From Hemiscyllium ocellatum (lineage: Eukaryota), in contig NC_083417.1 of NCBI RefSeq assembly GCF_020745735.1, forward strand, positions 63,922,001 through 63,986,000: 64,000 nt of DNA, given 5' to 3'. The position numbers and the translations under genes are program-made. Within the stretch, counting starts at the first letter, position 1. Each line of letters begins with the position of its first letter. The notes beneath the pieces were generated by a model. It searched no databases and was not told the DNA's origin. It saw only the letters and a program-made list of their open reading frames with translations. Below are positions 25,550-38,400 of this stretch, piece by piece.

Positions 25550-26170
25550 CCTTGTTACTTAACGTTGGCATGAACATTTGTAGCTCAGGTGCTGTTTATT
25601 GTGGTTGTGGGTATGTTGACCGAGCTGGGAAGTTGATTTGCAAATGTTTCGGCCCCTGTCTCGCTCACATCTTCAGTGCTTTGGAGCCTCCTGTGAAACA
25701 CTGCTGTATTGTGTCTTCCAGAATTTATTTGATTCCATTAATGCTGCTCCTGGATGCTGGTTCCTATCGTTTGTTGACGTGGCTGGTTTATTTTGTCTGG
25801 AACTACGTGACTTTTGATGCTGTCTGTGAATGAGTGCCATGATTCCACAAATTCTCTGGTTGTCCTCTATTTCGCTTGTCCTATGGTCGTTGTGTTGTCC
25901 CAGTCGAATGGGTGGTATTTGTCATCTGTGTGTATGGCTACGAGGGACAGATGGTCATGGCATTTAGTGGCCAGTTGGTGTTCGGAGATGTGAACTGCTA
26001 ACTGTCTGCCTGTTTGTGTTAGATAGTGCTTCAGGCAATCGTTTCATGGAATGCTGTAAATTATGCGAGTCTTGTAGGTAATGGGCATTGGGTCTTTTGT
26101 TCTGGTGAATTGTTGTCTGAGCGTGGCTATTAGATTATATGCTGCCATGAAACCAAGTGGTAGGACAAGT
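25550..26170 (-). mobile_element. Penelope-like GIY-YIG fragment
   Basis: PITYKTRIIYSIPC..HYLTQTGR.L..R..EHQLA-type GIY-YIG sequence. Confidence 0.65.
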
Positions 26171-26174
26171 CTGA

Positions 26175-29100
26175 CTGTTAATTTTAGTGAGGCAGGAATA
26201 GGAGGATAGAGCAGATGACTGGATGGCTCAGGAGGTGGTGCATGGGAGACGGATTCTCATTTTTGATTCATTGGAGTCTCTTTAAGGGTCGAAGTGACCT
26301 GTACAAGAAGGACAGATTGAACGTATATTGAAACGGGACTAATACACTGACAGGGAAATTTGCGAGTACTGCTTGGGAGTTCTAGTCATGTGGTGTGTGG
26401 GGGGCGGGGGGAAGTAGGGAGATAGTGAGGAAAGAGATCGATCTGAGACGGGTACAGCTGAGAACAGAAGTGAGTCAAAAACTCAGGGCAGACAGGGACA
26501 AGGTAGGACTAATAAATTAAACTGCATTTGTTTCAATGCTAGGGACCTCACAGGGAAGGCAGATGAACTCAGGGCATAGTTAGGAACATGGGACTGGGAT
26601 ATCATAGCAATTATGTAAACATCGCTCAGGGATGGACAGGACTGGCAGCTGAATGTTCCGGGATACAAATGTTAGGAAGGAGAGAAAGGGAGTCAAGGGA
26701 GGAGGGGGAGTGGCATTTTTGATCAGGGAATAGCATTACAGCTGTGCTGAGCTGAGGGAGGATGTTTTCAGAAATACATCCAGGGAAGTTATTTGGGCGG
26801 AACTGAGAAATAAGAAAGTAATGATCACCTTTTTGGCATGGTATTATAAAGCCTCCAATAGACAGAGGGAAATTGAGAAACAAACTTTTAAGGAGATCTC
26901 GGCTATCTGACAGAATAATAGGGTAGTTATGGTCGGGGATTTTAACATTCCAAGCATCGATTGGGACTGCCATAGTGTTAAGGGTTTAGATTGAGAGGAA
27001 TTTCTTAAGTATGTACAAGACAATTTCCTTATTCAGAATGCTATGTATCTACTAGAGAAGGTGAAAAACTCGACCTACTCTTGGGAGCACTTTGTCAGTG
27101 GGGGAGCAGTTTGGGGCCAGCGACCTTAATTCTATTCGTTTTAAAATAGTGATGGAAAAGAATAGACCAGATCTAAAAGTTGAAGTTCTAAATTGGAGAA
27201 AGACCAATTTTCATGGTATTACACAAGAACTTTCGAAAGCTGATTGGAGGCAGATGTTCGCAGGTACAGGGACAGCTGGAAAATGGGAAGCCCTCAGTAA
27301 TGAGATAACAAAAATCCAGAGAAATGATATTCCTGTCAGGGTGAAAGGGAAGGCTGGTAGGTATAGGGAATGCTGGATGACTAAAGAAATTGAGGGTTTG
27401 TTTAAGAAAATGAAGGTAGCATATGTCAGGTATAGTGAATCCTTCGAAGGATAAAAAGGAAGGAGGAATATACTTCAGAGGGAAATTAGGAGGGCAAAAC
27501 GGGGACATGAGATAGCTTTGGCAAATAGAATTAAGGAGAATCCAAAGGATTTTTACAAATATATAAAGAACAAAAGGTTAACTAGCGAAGAAAAGGTCCC
27601 CTCAAAGATCAGCAAGGCAGCCTTTGTGTGGCACAGAAAATTGGGAGATATTAAATGAACATTTTGCATCAGTATTTACTGTGGTAAAGGATATGGAAGT
27701 TATAGACTGTAGGGAAATAAATGGTGACATCTTGAAAAATGTCCAAATTACAGAGGAGGAAGTGCTGGATGTCTTGAAAAGGTTAAAAGTGGATAACACC
27801 TCAGGACCTGATCAGGTGTACCCAAGAACTCTGTGGGAATTAAGAGAAGTGATTGCTGGGCTTCCGACTGAGATATTTATATCATTGATAGTCACACGTG
27901 AGGTACCGGAAGACTGATGGTTGGCAAATGTGGTGCCACTGTTTAAGAAGGGTGGTAAAGACAAGCCAGGGAACTATAGACCAGTGAGCCTGACCTCGTT
28001 GGTGGGCAAGTTGTTGGAGAGAATCCTGGGGGAGAGGATGTACACATATTTGGAAAGGCAAGGACTGACTAGTGATAGTCAACAAGGCTTTGTGTGTGGG
28101 AAATCATGTCTCATAAACTTGATTGAGTTTTTTGAAGAAGTAACAAAGATGATTGCTGAAGGCAAAGCAGTAGATGTGATCTATATGGACTTCAGTAATG
28201 CGTTCGACAAGGTTTCACATGGGAGACTGATTAGCAAGGTTAGACGACATGGAATACAGGGAGAACTAGCCATTTGGATACAGAACTGGCTCAAAGGTAG
28301 AAGACAGAGGGTGATAGTGGATGACTGTTTTTCAGACTGGAGGTCTGTGATCAGTGGAGTTCCACAAGGATCGGTGTTGGGTCCTCTACTTTTTGTCATT
28401 TACATAACTGATTTGAATGTGAGTATAAGAGGTTCAGTTATTAAGTTTGCAGATGATACTAAAATTGGAGGTGTAGTGAACAGCGAAGAGGGTTACCTTA
28501 GATTACAAAAGGATCAGGACCAGATGGGCCAATGGGCTGAGAAGTGACAGACGGAGTTTAATTCAGATAAATGCGAGGTGCTGCATTTTTGGTAAAGCAA
28601 ATACTAGCAGGACTTAAACACTTAATGGTAACGTCCTAGGGAGTGTTGCCGAACAAAGAGACCTTGGAGTGCAGGTTCATGGCTCCTTGAAAGTGGCGTT
28701 GTAGGTAGATAGGATAGTGAAGAAGGCGTTTGATATGCTTTCCTTTATTGGTCAGAGTATAGGATATAGGAGTTGAGAGGTCGTGTTGCTGCTGTACAAG
28801 ACATTGGTTTGGCCACTATTGGAATATTGCGTGCAATTCTGTTCTCCTTCCTGTTGGAAAGATGCTGTGAAACGTGAAAGCGTTCATAAATGACTTACAG
28901 ATGTTGCCAGGGTTGGAAGATTTGAGCTTTAGGGACAGGCTGAACAGGTTTGGGCTGTTCTTCTTGGAACATCGGAGGCTAAGGGGTGACCTTATAGAAG
29001 TTAACTAGATTATGAGGGGCATGGATTGTGTAAATAGGCAAAGTCTTTTCCCTGGTGTCGGGGTGTCCTGAACTAGAGGGCATAGATTTATTGTGAGAGG

Positions 29101-29365
29101 GAAAAGATAAAAAAGAGACCAAAGGGACAACTTTTTCAGACAGCGGGCGATACGGGTATGGAATGAGCTGCCAGAGGAAGTGGTAGATGTCGGTACAATT
29201 GCAACATTTTAGAGGCATCTGGATGGTGATTTGAATACGAAGGGTTTGGAGGGATATGGGCTGGGAGCTGGCAGGTGGGACTAGATTGGGTTGTGATATC
29301 TAGACAGCATGGACGGGTTGGACCAAACGGTCTGTTTCCATGCTGTGCATCTCTATGACTCTGTT
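26175..29365 (+). mobile_element. Near full-length degenerate CR1 (ORF1 end plus ORF2)
   Basis: APE and RT motifs ([31 protein letters not shown]); many stops; CR1 tail. Confidence 0.95.
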
Positions 29366-29839
29366 TAGATATTGCAACGAGAGATTGTTATTGAAAAATC
29401 TATTGTGAGGAAATAAAACACAATACCATTTCTATAGAGCTGTGCTCGTTCTATTGAATGCTTCATAGCTTGAAGAAAAATACATTGGGTTTTACCATAG
29501 TAACTTTGAAGTAACAACAGTTTAGAAAAGATGAAAAGATGACATAAGTCGGTTTGATTGATTCTTTACTTAAAGGGTAAAGGAACTATAAATGCTAATC
29601 GCTGTTGGAAGCAGAATATGTGAAGAATTATTATAAATTCAAAATTGGAAACTGGTTGACGAAAGAGGATGGCTGAGATGATTTGAAATATTCCTTAAAA
29701 ATGTCAGGTCCCAGAACATATTTGATATTTTATGATTCCACACAGATAGATGTGAGTTTGGTTACTGTAATATTTGCAATAAGGACATGACAGATTCAGG
29801 AGGTTGATGGGCTATTACACAGACTGAACTGTCCATGAT

Positions 29840-31029
29840 TTCATATCAGTAACAGAAACAAGACTGGCAATGACAAGACAACAAAACAACACAGAACTCT
29901 ATTCAGTAACCTCGGATTATCACTCAGGATATGCTGATTTGTAGTAGACAGTATGGCCTACAGACCAAACTTACATATTTGTGTTTATGGTTCATGCACA
30001 AGAATGCCCAGATCCCTTGACTTTGCATTTTTTTTGATGTTGTCGTCATTTGATGAATGCACTTCCCACAAAAGATAAATGATCTCACAATTTCTTACAT
30101 TTAATTCGAAAGGCCAGATATGTGCTCATGCATTTGACTAATCTAGATCCTTTCTAAGATTCCATAAGTCCTATTGCAACAGGTCCTCCCATCTATTTTT
30201 GTGGCATTAGCAAATTTGGATACATTGCACTTCGCTCAATACCGGAAGAATCTTTAAACATATTCTTCACTCAAGGTATATGGACATCATTGATTGAATC
30301 AGCATTCGTTGCCCAATGCGAGCTGCCCTTGAAAACGTACTGGAAACTTCCTTCTTTAACTGCTGTGGCCCATTTTAAGTACACTTTGAAAGTATTTTCT
30401 TCATAGTTTTTTGTTTCTTAATCCTGCAGAATAAAATGAGACAGATTAGTTTTGAAACACAGAGATTGACTAGGATTACTGCATCTCTAGCAAGGAAGGA
30501 ATTTTAAGCCATGTGGTTGCTTACACGTGAAGCTGATAAGTTTGTGAACGAGAGACGATTCAATGACAAATGCCCTTCGCCTGCCAACCACAAGGGTATT
30601 CGCTGTCAGTCAGCACATAGGCTTCATCTGTGAGTCAGATCAAAAGAGAAACCAGCACAGTAGATGCAGACAGAAACTTTGTCTCTCTATTCTCTGCAGT
30701 AGATCTCTTTTATCCAAAATAAATCGAGGCTGTCTTTACTTCAGAAGATGCTACAATTTGTGATTTTTAATTGGAGAGGATGAGTGACTCAACAGGTCAC
30801 TTTGATACATGGAGACATTCAAGTGAGGGAATGAAGGAAAAATGTAGTACAAATAGGGCACAATATGATCCGGGGAATAGAAACTGTTCTCTGCACCAAG
30901 AGGAAGCGACCCAAAGACTGTGCTGCCTATCCGATGGAAAGATTGAAGACATCTCATTTGGAGTGGAACAAAACTTGCAGAGGGACGGGAAGGATCCAGG
31001 TGCTGATATTTATGCTGGAAGCAGTGACA
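29840..31029 (-). pseudogene. Highly degenerate C1 / second-Ig / TM relic of a further paralog
   Basis: Acceptors at 31029 (VSLLPA*I..LCK..VASS..SYC..LH) and 30750 (ASIY..TKFL.C..AGFS..FVIESSL..SFTC). TM-like STTNQHIL..RVLCCFVVLSLPVLFLLLI. Flanking DNA 29390-30000 aligns with 54200-54780. Confidence 0.35.
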
Positions 31030-31099
31030 CTGATAGGACAAGAAAGAATGCTTTTTCTGAAATATTTTGAACAGTTAGGAGTTGATTAGAAATCAGTAC

Positions 31100-31750
31100 C
31101 TCAATGTAACAACACAGAACCGCAGAGTGGTTGAACTCGATACTGAATCGGGAAGACTGCAGGTTCCCCAAGCTGAGAATGAAATGCCATTCTTCTAGCT
31201 TGCACTAGCTTTCACTGGAGTGCTGCAACAAGCCTGCTTCAAAGATGTTGACCTAAGAACACAATGGTGAATTGAAGCTGCAGGCAACACGGAGCTCAAG
31301 ATCATTTTTTTGCAGATACAATGTAGGTGTTCTCTAAAGCGGTCCCCCAGTCTGAGCATGGTCACTTGTATAGGCGACCACATTGTGAGCACTACCATCC
31401 ACATTGTAAGGATTAAAGTCACCACTTCGGTAAGCTACAGTCGGATGCTCCTGTCCCCTCAATTGTCAGCCAGCAGCACAGCCAGTTTCCAGTGGGAAAA
31501 CTTGGCCTGCTCCTGCTCCAATCCAAAAGTCGCTCCAAACAACATGGTGCCTTCCCAGACTATCACAGATGGTTTACTTCCTCCCTCCTCATTATTCAAG
31601 GCATCAGGCACACATTCTAATTGAAGTAGCTATTTACCTGTACTTAATTCAAACTCATCTCCTGTACTCGCTGCTCACCATGTCGAAGAGTGAGGAAAAT
31701 CAGTGGCATAGAGCAAAATCCCAGTCATTAATTCTTTGCCATGTTAATTC
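31100..31750. mobile_element. Penelope-like GIY-YIG fragments in both orientations
   Basis: RLGDRFREHL on the minus strand and FTC.SSN-type sequence on the plus strand. Confidence 0.55.
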
Positions 31751-32969
31751 ATATGTCCACTTAAACGGAATCCACAGTGGATAAATTTCATTTATACTAC
31801 CAGTCACTATCAAATTGATATTTACCTTTATTAATAAAACTACTACACCTCATCCCGTTTTCTGTTTTGTCTATTCTTCCAGAACACTGAATACCTTTGA
31901 ATATAGTTTTGCCAAAATTAGCCACTCTGCAAACATGTCTTTGCAATGGCTATCAACTCACATTCAACTATTTCTATTTAAGCTGGCATTTCGGCCTCCC
32001 AAATCTTTCAACAGTCAACATGGTTCGTCATCCTGTCTGCACGTACCCTGTCTAGGTCTGTTCGAATTTCATTAGCTTCTGTAAAAGCCCTCCTTTCTTT
32101 CAAAGTTATCCTTAACGATTCAGTTTGTGCATATATTCAAGTTTTGAGATCCCAGGAATTATTGTGGAATAGCTTTGTGGAATTCCATCTTTTGCGACAT
32201 CATTCTTTTTGATAACCAGATACCAAAGCTGCACAGAATGTTCCTGGTTTGGTCTCACTGAGGCCCTGTGCATATGCGGTATATATCCCTGCAACTCCAC
32301 TCTAATCTTTCGGCTTTGGAGGTCAACATGCAAAGTACTTCTTCAACACCTGCTGCGAAGGCATGCTAATTGTATACGACTGGTATATAACATTATTCAG
32401 ACCTCAACTTCACACCCACCACTCCCACCATTCAACACTTGCACATAGCAACCAGCCCCACCTCCCCCAATTCCAAACGACCACCACCAGCGCACTTCCC
32501 ACGGCATCTGATTTCCTGGTTTCACTACCAAATGGTAACCTCATGTTTAACTAAAAGATAACCATTTCTGCAATCTCCTTGCAGCTAACTCTCAGATTAA
32601 GGCCATCTGCAAACATATGGAACAAGCTTTGCGATGGCTTACGAATGCATTAATACACATTTAGCATAGCCGAGGTTAAAGCTCTGACCGCTATGCTATG
32701 AATCACTGTGCGACATTTGGAAAATAAATATAGCATAGCCTCTCCAAACATCTTGTCTGTCAAAAATTTCTTTATTAAGGCTAAACCTCTTCTGAACACA
32801 ATGTCATAACGAAATTGTTGTATCGAGCCACTTTATTGCAAGAAATGGTACACTTCAAATGAACTGAAATATTTCCAAACCAATTTGTACAGCAAATGCA
32901 TTAATTAATTTGAAACATAATGTACAAAACGAACAGAGGCATGGTATTGAAAAACGGAATCTGTGTTCA

Positions 32970-33298
32970 TGTTTGTAGCCTCATTGCCAGGGACCTAGTT
33001 TCGAATCCACTCTTGGGCGACTGTCTTTTTCATGCAGTTTGCCCAATTTCCCGAGTTTGCATGGATTTCCTCTGCACCTGTTTCCTGCCACGGTCCAGAG
33101 ATGTGTAGGTTAGGTGAATTAGCCATGCTAACTTGCCCACAGTGTTCAGGGATGTCTAGATTAGGTGCATTAGGTATGGGAAATATAGAGGAATAGGGTA
33201 GGAAAATGGGTCTGGCTGAAATATTTTTCTGAGGGTCAGTGTGGACGTGTTGGGCCCAATGGCCTGTTTCCACACTGCATGGATTCTATGATTCTAAA
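32970..33298 (+). mobile_element. HE1-type SINE
   Basis: SINE body gttaggtgaattagccatgctaa..gggcctgtttcc and a tctatgattcta tail. Confidence 0.85.
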
Positions 33299-35253
33299 AT
33301 TGGGACTCACACTAAATAATGAAACATTGAATACAAAATTTCCCCTTTGGTATTTTTGACTTGCAATTCAGGATTAAAAACTTACAGTCTAAGCATTATT
33401 TATGACAGGCACAAATGCCGAGGCTTCCCTGCTAAATGTCGAAGGGGAACAATTTCCATACTTGGTCAGGCTCCCTCCCGTGAAACCACAGCCAACGCTC
33501 ACACACAGTGATAGGGGCAGGGAGGTACTAATTGCTGAGGGAATTTTGAGCAATCGGTTATGTTGACACTGTCCCGTGAAACATCCTGACACATTTCCTT
33601 TGCCTTTCAGTACAAATGTGCAGGTGTCAATTAATTTTATTCGTACCCGTGAGATAAGGACGACAATGGGTTAATGGCTTCATTGTTTGCAGGCGTTAGG
33701 AGGGTTTAGTTATGGGTATCTATGTGATATGCTTTCTCTGATAAAGAACTCATATTAGAAGATTGCTACAGCCCCCTGCTGCACATGTGCAGACACTCTT
33801 TCTCTATATTCTTTGCCATTGTAAGTCACATTGACCAGCTCAGAATTCCAGCAAGAGCGAAGAAAACAGTGATGCCTTGGAATATGAGGTGATCATACCG
33901 GGCATGGTCTTACACTTATCCGCCTGCTTGCCACAGTGACCGTTACGACAGATGAACCACGTTTCTCCATGACTACTTTTCTAACTGTCCTTTTACATGA
34001 CGTGGTCATTCAAACACAGTTGCTGCAAACCTCTCACAACTGTCAGTCTTCCTTCCCCTACTTAGCCTGAAGCATCCAGACTGCACGATCAGATTGCCAT
34101 GACTACTTCAAGTGACAGCAATCTCCCTATTTTGGTCCCAGCCGAACATAGAAACCAATCTCGACTATTCGATCCTTCAGCTGTGATCGGCCATTGAAAA
34201 AGATCATGACCGATCAAATTTTAGCCTCAATTTTTCATTCCATTGGTCATCGACAATCTAACAATTTCTGCTTAAAATCATTTTAAGATTCTATATGCAC
34301 TGCTTTTTTGAGCAAAGGGACTCACACTCCTCAAAACATAAGAATATAAGAGCCACAAGAAAGGTCAAACTAATTCCATCCCTCCATTCAGCTCGGCCAT
34401 TCGACACAAACATGATTGATTTCCTCTCGTCCTCAACTCCATTTTTCTGCCCGCTCCCTATTACTCATTCATCCTCTGAGACATTTTCATTTCTCAACTC
34501 ACTTTCCACTTAGTTTCCGTGAACGGACCTAACAGGACAGCTCTGGGCAAGCTGTGGCCAGATTCTTCACTCGTGTCTATCAATCTGCCGAGTAGTTTTA
34601 ATCCCATCCATGGACTTATCTCGTGAAGCTACAGGACTGGCGATATTCCAGTCCTTAGACTGCAGACCAAGACCAATCTGATCAGGGACCTCACTTTTCC
34701 TTATCCTTTAAAATTGTATTAGAGATTGCTCTTCACTTCATGTTCCAAATCATCCTGAATGCTTAGTACCACCATTTTTTTTTAGAAATGGCTGTCTGCT
34801 AGATACACATGATGTGCCTTTGTGTCATAAACTGTTGGCACTGATTGTAGGGTTAGACTGATAGAGCACACTGCCTACATCAGGTTCAATGTCCTATTGA
34901 TAAAGAATAGCTCATCTGCAAGACAAAGTTGCGCGGCTTTGAGACTTCGCTAATAGTAGGGTAAAGCATAGATTCTGAGATGATGCAAGAGGTCAGTAAT
35001 TGAATGCACGAGAAGTGAGCAAGTGAGGTAGCATTCCATGTACTCAAAGTGTCTTTCCACCCGACTTTCAACACAGGTCATTGGTGGTCTTGACAACAAC
35101 TAAGTAAAATTAATCTGGTATTAGAGTACAAGTACTATCTATTGCTATCGCTGCAATGCTTATACACGGAGAAGAGAAATTTAACACGCCTGAAGTTCAA
35201 ATCTGAAAAAAATGCAATCAAAACACGTCCAAGTATCTTCTGCGTCTTATTTG

Positions 35254-35430
35254 TTACGGGTTGCTATTTCTTGCTGGTGCATAGTTATCTTTTGTTCCTT
35301 TTCGTCTTCCAGTCTGCAGCGCTGCATACTCTGTGCCTTCTTTGGGATTATGGCACTTCTCCGGTTTCATTGGACTACTCAACGTTAGTGCAGTATATGT
35401 CACCTTATTAGCGACAGCGTCTTGTGCGAC
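35254..35430 (-). CDS. Exon 7, terminal, ITIM VTYTAL and ITSM-like TEYAAL
   Basis: gcctttacag|VAQDAVANKVTYTAL...GTEYAAL...NSNP-TAA. Confidence 0.85.
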   Translation of the reverse strand, partial: VAQDAVANKVTYTALTLSSPMKPEKCHNPKEGTEYAALQTGRRKGTKDNYAPARNSNP

Positions 35431-38400
35431 CTGTAAAGGCAGCATTTAGAAATATTGTTGAAGTAATATGGAACAGGATGTCTGCAAAGTGGTCATCAGG
35501 AAGACATGGAAATGATTTTCTGTATCTCACATGATCAATGTCAACTGAGGCAAAAGCCTTCACTAACATCCTGAATCTCGATTTCATCTTAATAATGTAA
35601 ATTCTTCTTTGTTTAATCAGTTTTACCTCAGCGCTTGTGCTTCTCTCTACTTCAAATATACGTCTTGGAGTTCTCTTGCCTCTGTTGAATTCTACCGCAG
35701 TGTATTGCACACCCTCGGACTGTGCTTCCTGCAAGGGACAGATGCAAAATAGTTCATTAAGTCCCTATTGCATGTCTTCAACAATTCGTCCGCCAAGCAG
35801 GGAACAAATGTATCCTTGGCCCGACATCACTTGCAGAATCCACGTTTCAGATATATTCACGTGATTACAAACATTACTGCATTGTGGGCAATTTTACAAG
35901 CTAAACTTTTCTTCACGTGCATTTCGTAACACAATGTTTCAATGTCAAAAAGTGTCGGAATTGGAGAGGATTTATTTTCAATCGAAATAATGACTGAAAG
36001 TGTAAAGTGTTATGAGCTAGAAACATTCTCATAAATATGACCAGATTTTAAAAATCCAATTAACACTATTTATCAAAAAGAGCATTGCACCAACTGTATT
36101 TCAAAAGTCGTTGAGTGAGCATATACTTCAATAAGTAACCTTAAAGCGTTCAGAGGTGATTAGCATATTTCTGTCATCATTGTATGTTTCCCGGACATTG
36201 CAAACCCCGATGGTGATGAAGGAATGAACTCACCACCTTGTCACGACGATCCGGTTGCCTTGCGCATTCTCCATCATCTGCATACCAATGAAATATAATT
36301 ACACTATGGGATGGAATTATTAACTCAGTTTCTGTATGGAAAATGAAGCGTTACATTTCTGAATCAAAGCGATAGAAAAAGACTGTCAATGTTCAGTTGA
36401 TACACAACAATAATGAAGAAGGGAGAATATGACATGGTCAACAGCAGTTTCTAATCTTCCCGTTCTTAAAGGAAGAATCATTACTCGGAAGAATAATCAC
36501 ATTGCCAGCTTCATTTCTGGCAGGGTACAATTCATTAGTAATGTTCAAAAGTGACTTTTTCTTTGGAAACTAATACTTCTGAGAAATTTTAACATTCTAA
36601 TGAATTGTACCCTGCCAGAAATGAAACTTGTAATGTTCAAAAGTGACGTTTTTTCCTTGGAAATTAATACTCCTGAGAATTATTAATAGTTTAACAACAA
36701 AATTATAACTATTTCTGCGTTATGAAATTGGTCTGAAACAATTTCGTTTCCACCTTTAAATCATTTGGCTTTCTCCCGAACATGCTAATTCTCCTCCAAC
36801 CCCTTTTTTTAGATTAGATTAGATTAAAGTGTGGAAACAGGCCCTTCGGCCCAACAAGTCCACACTGACCTGCCGAAACGCAACCCACCCATACCCCTAC
36901 ATTTACCCCTTACCTAACACTACGGGCAATTTATCATGGTCAATTCACCTGAACCGCACATCTTTGGACTGTGGGAGGAAATCGGAGCACCCGGAGGAAA
37001 CCCACACAGGCACGGGGAGAATGTGCCAACTCCACACAGTCAGTTGCCTGAGTCGGGAAATGAACCCGGGTCTCAGGCGCTGTGAAGCAGCAGTGCTAAC
37101 CACTGTGCCACCATGCCGCCCTTTATTATTCTCAGATGTCAACTGGATGGATAATTAAGAGTTGACAGTATTTCTTACTTCTGTTAGATCGAAGTCCATA
37201 TCGCTTTACAATTATGGTCACAAGCACGAGAAACGAAAATCCAAGTGCCACACAAATTGGGGTCCAAAAGATGAGTGAACCGTTGATACTGTCTGCAAAA
37301 TTAAGAGGACATCAATTGCTGGTGGTGCTTGGATAGGAACTACTAAGAACTGTAAGAGCTGCATTATTGAAGGGCAGTGAAAAAGCAGAAGTGCCAAGTA
37401 TTCTTTCAGTTGAATGTCGAAGTCACTTCCATTTCCAATAGATGGCAAATTTGGAATTAGTTTCTGGAATGGATTGTTGGTTTGTACATCACAAAGGACT
37501 GTTTTGCAAAGGTAAGGACACAAAACTGGGCGATTACCCTTGGACTAAAATACTGTTCTTGACTTTATTACGGATTAACACACGTTTTCTTGAAATTAGA
37601 GTCATGACTTCATTTGCATTTTCTTCGCTGGTCACATCAAATTCTAAAATGGGGCGATCGGATTATGAACCTTTTGCAAATAAGTGGACTGTCTTTTTGA
37701 TATTCATTTTATAAAAAGACATCTACTGCTTTGTAAATTGTCGTTTTAAGACAGGACAATATATTGTCAAAGTTAATGCATTAACTTTGCCGCACCATAG
37801 ACAAGTCTCGTCTTCACATAAGCTTTGTGGTAAGTGTGAGCGCGATCCCGATTAAACATGCCATGGATAGTTGAGAGATAATACAGTACTTGGTAAGGGA
37901 TGTCTTCAAAATTCTGCCCTGGACACAACCAACGGGGAATGCAGGTTGGGCGAAACCAAACAAAACAAAGACCACCTTGCAACAGTATAGGGAAAGTAGG
38001 CAGTCGACAGGAATGAAGGATTTTTACACGTAAACAAAACTGATGAATGAGATGAAGGCAGAAACGGATAGAATAGCTCACGTCTCAACATTATTACTAC
38101 GACAAAAATAAAGGAATTAGAATGCAAATAAGGTTTTGTTGCTTTTAACACGAATGCCAACTGAATGCAAGGTATTAAAATATGGCATTTCCCACGAAAA
38201 CACTGCAGATTAACTCCATAATATGCATACATTATGCGATGCATTTCGTTACATACTATAACAATAGTTAACTCGCCTTGTTGGTCTCCAGAAAGTGTGA
38301 AAATATTGTGGACGACGACAGCAGGAGAATTTAGGGAGACGTGAGATACCGAACAGGTATAAATGGTATGACTCGAAGGAGGTTGAGACACAGCCAAAGA

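Noticed and set aside
30771-31089. Plus-strand ORFs with a faint B-box-like CSLHQEE
   Set aside because: The remaining zinc ligands are missing; better explained as the antisense of the degenerate C1 relic.
33360-33910. Possible leader and V exon for the 29.8-31.0 kb relic (MPGMITSYSKASLFSSLLLEF*; SVNITDC; PYHCV)
   Set aside because: Motifs are in inconsistent frames and spacing and there is no convincing acceptor.
33502-33960. CACAGTG heptamers at about 33504 and 33933 as possible RSS
   Set aside because: No ACAAAAACC-like nonamer at 12 or 23 nt spacing; other heptamers in the window lie in SINE/LINE or in the C1 relics.
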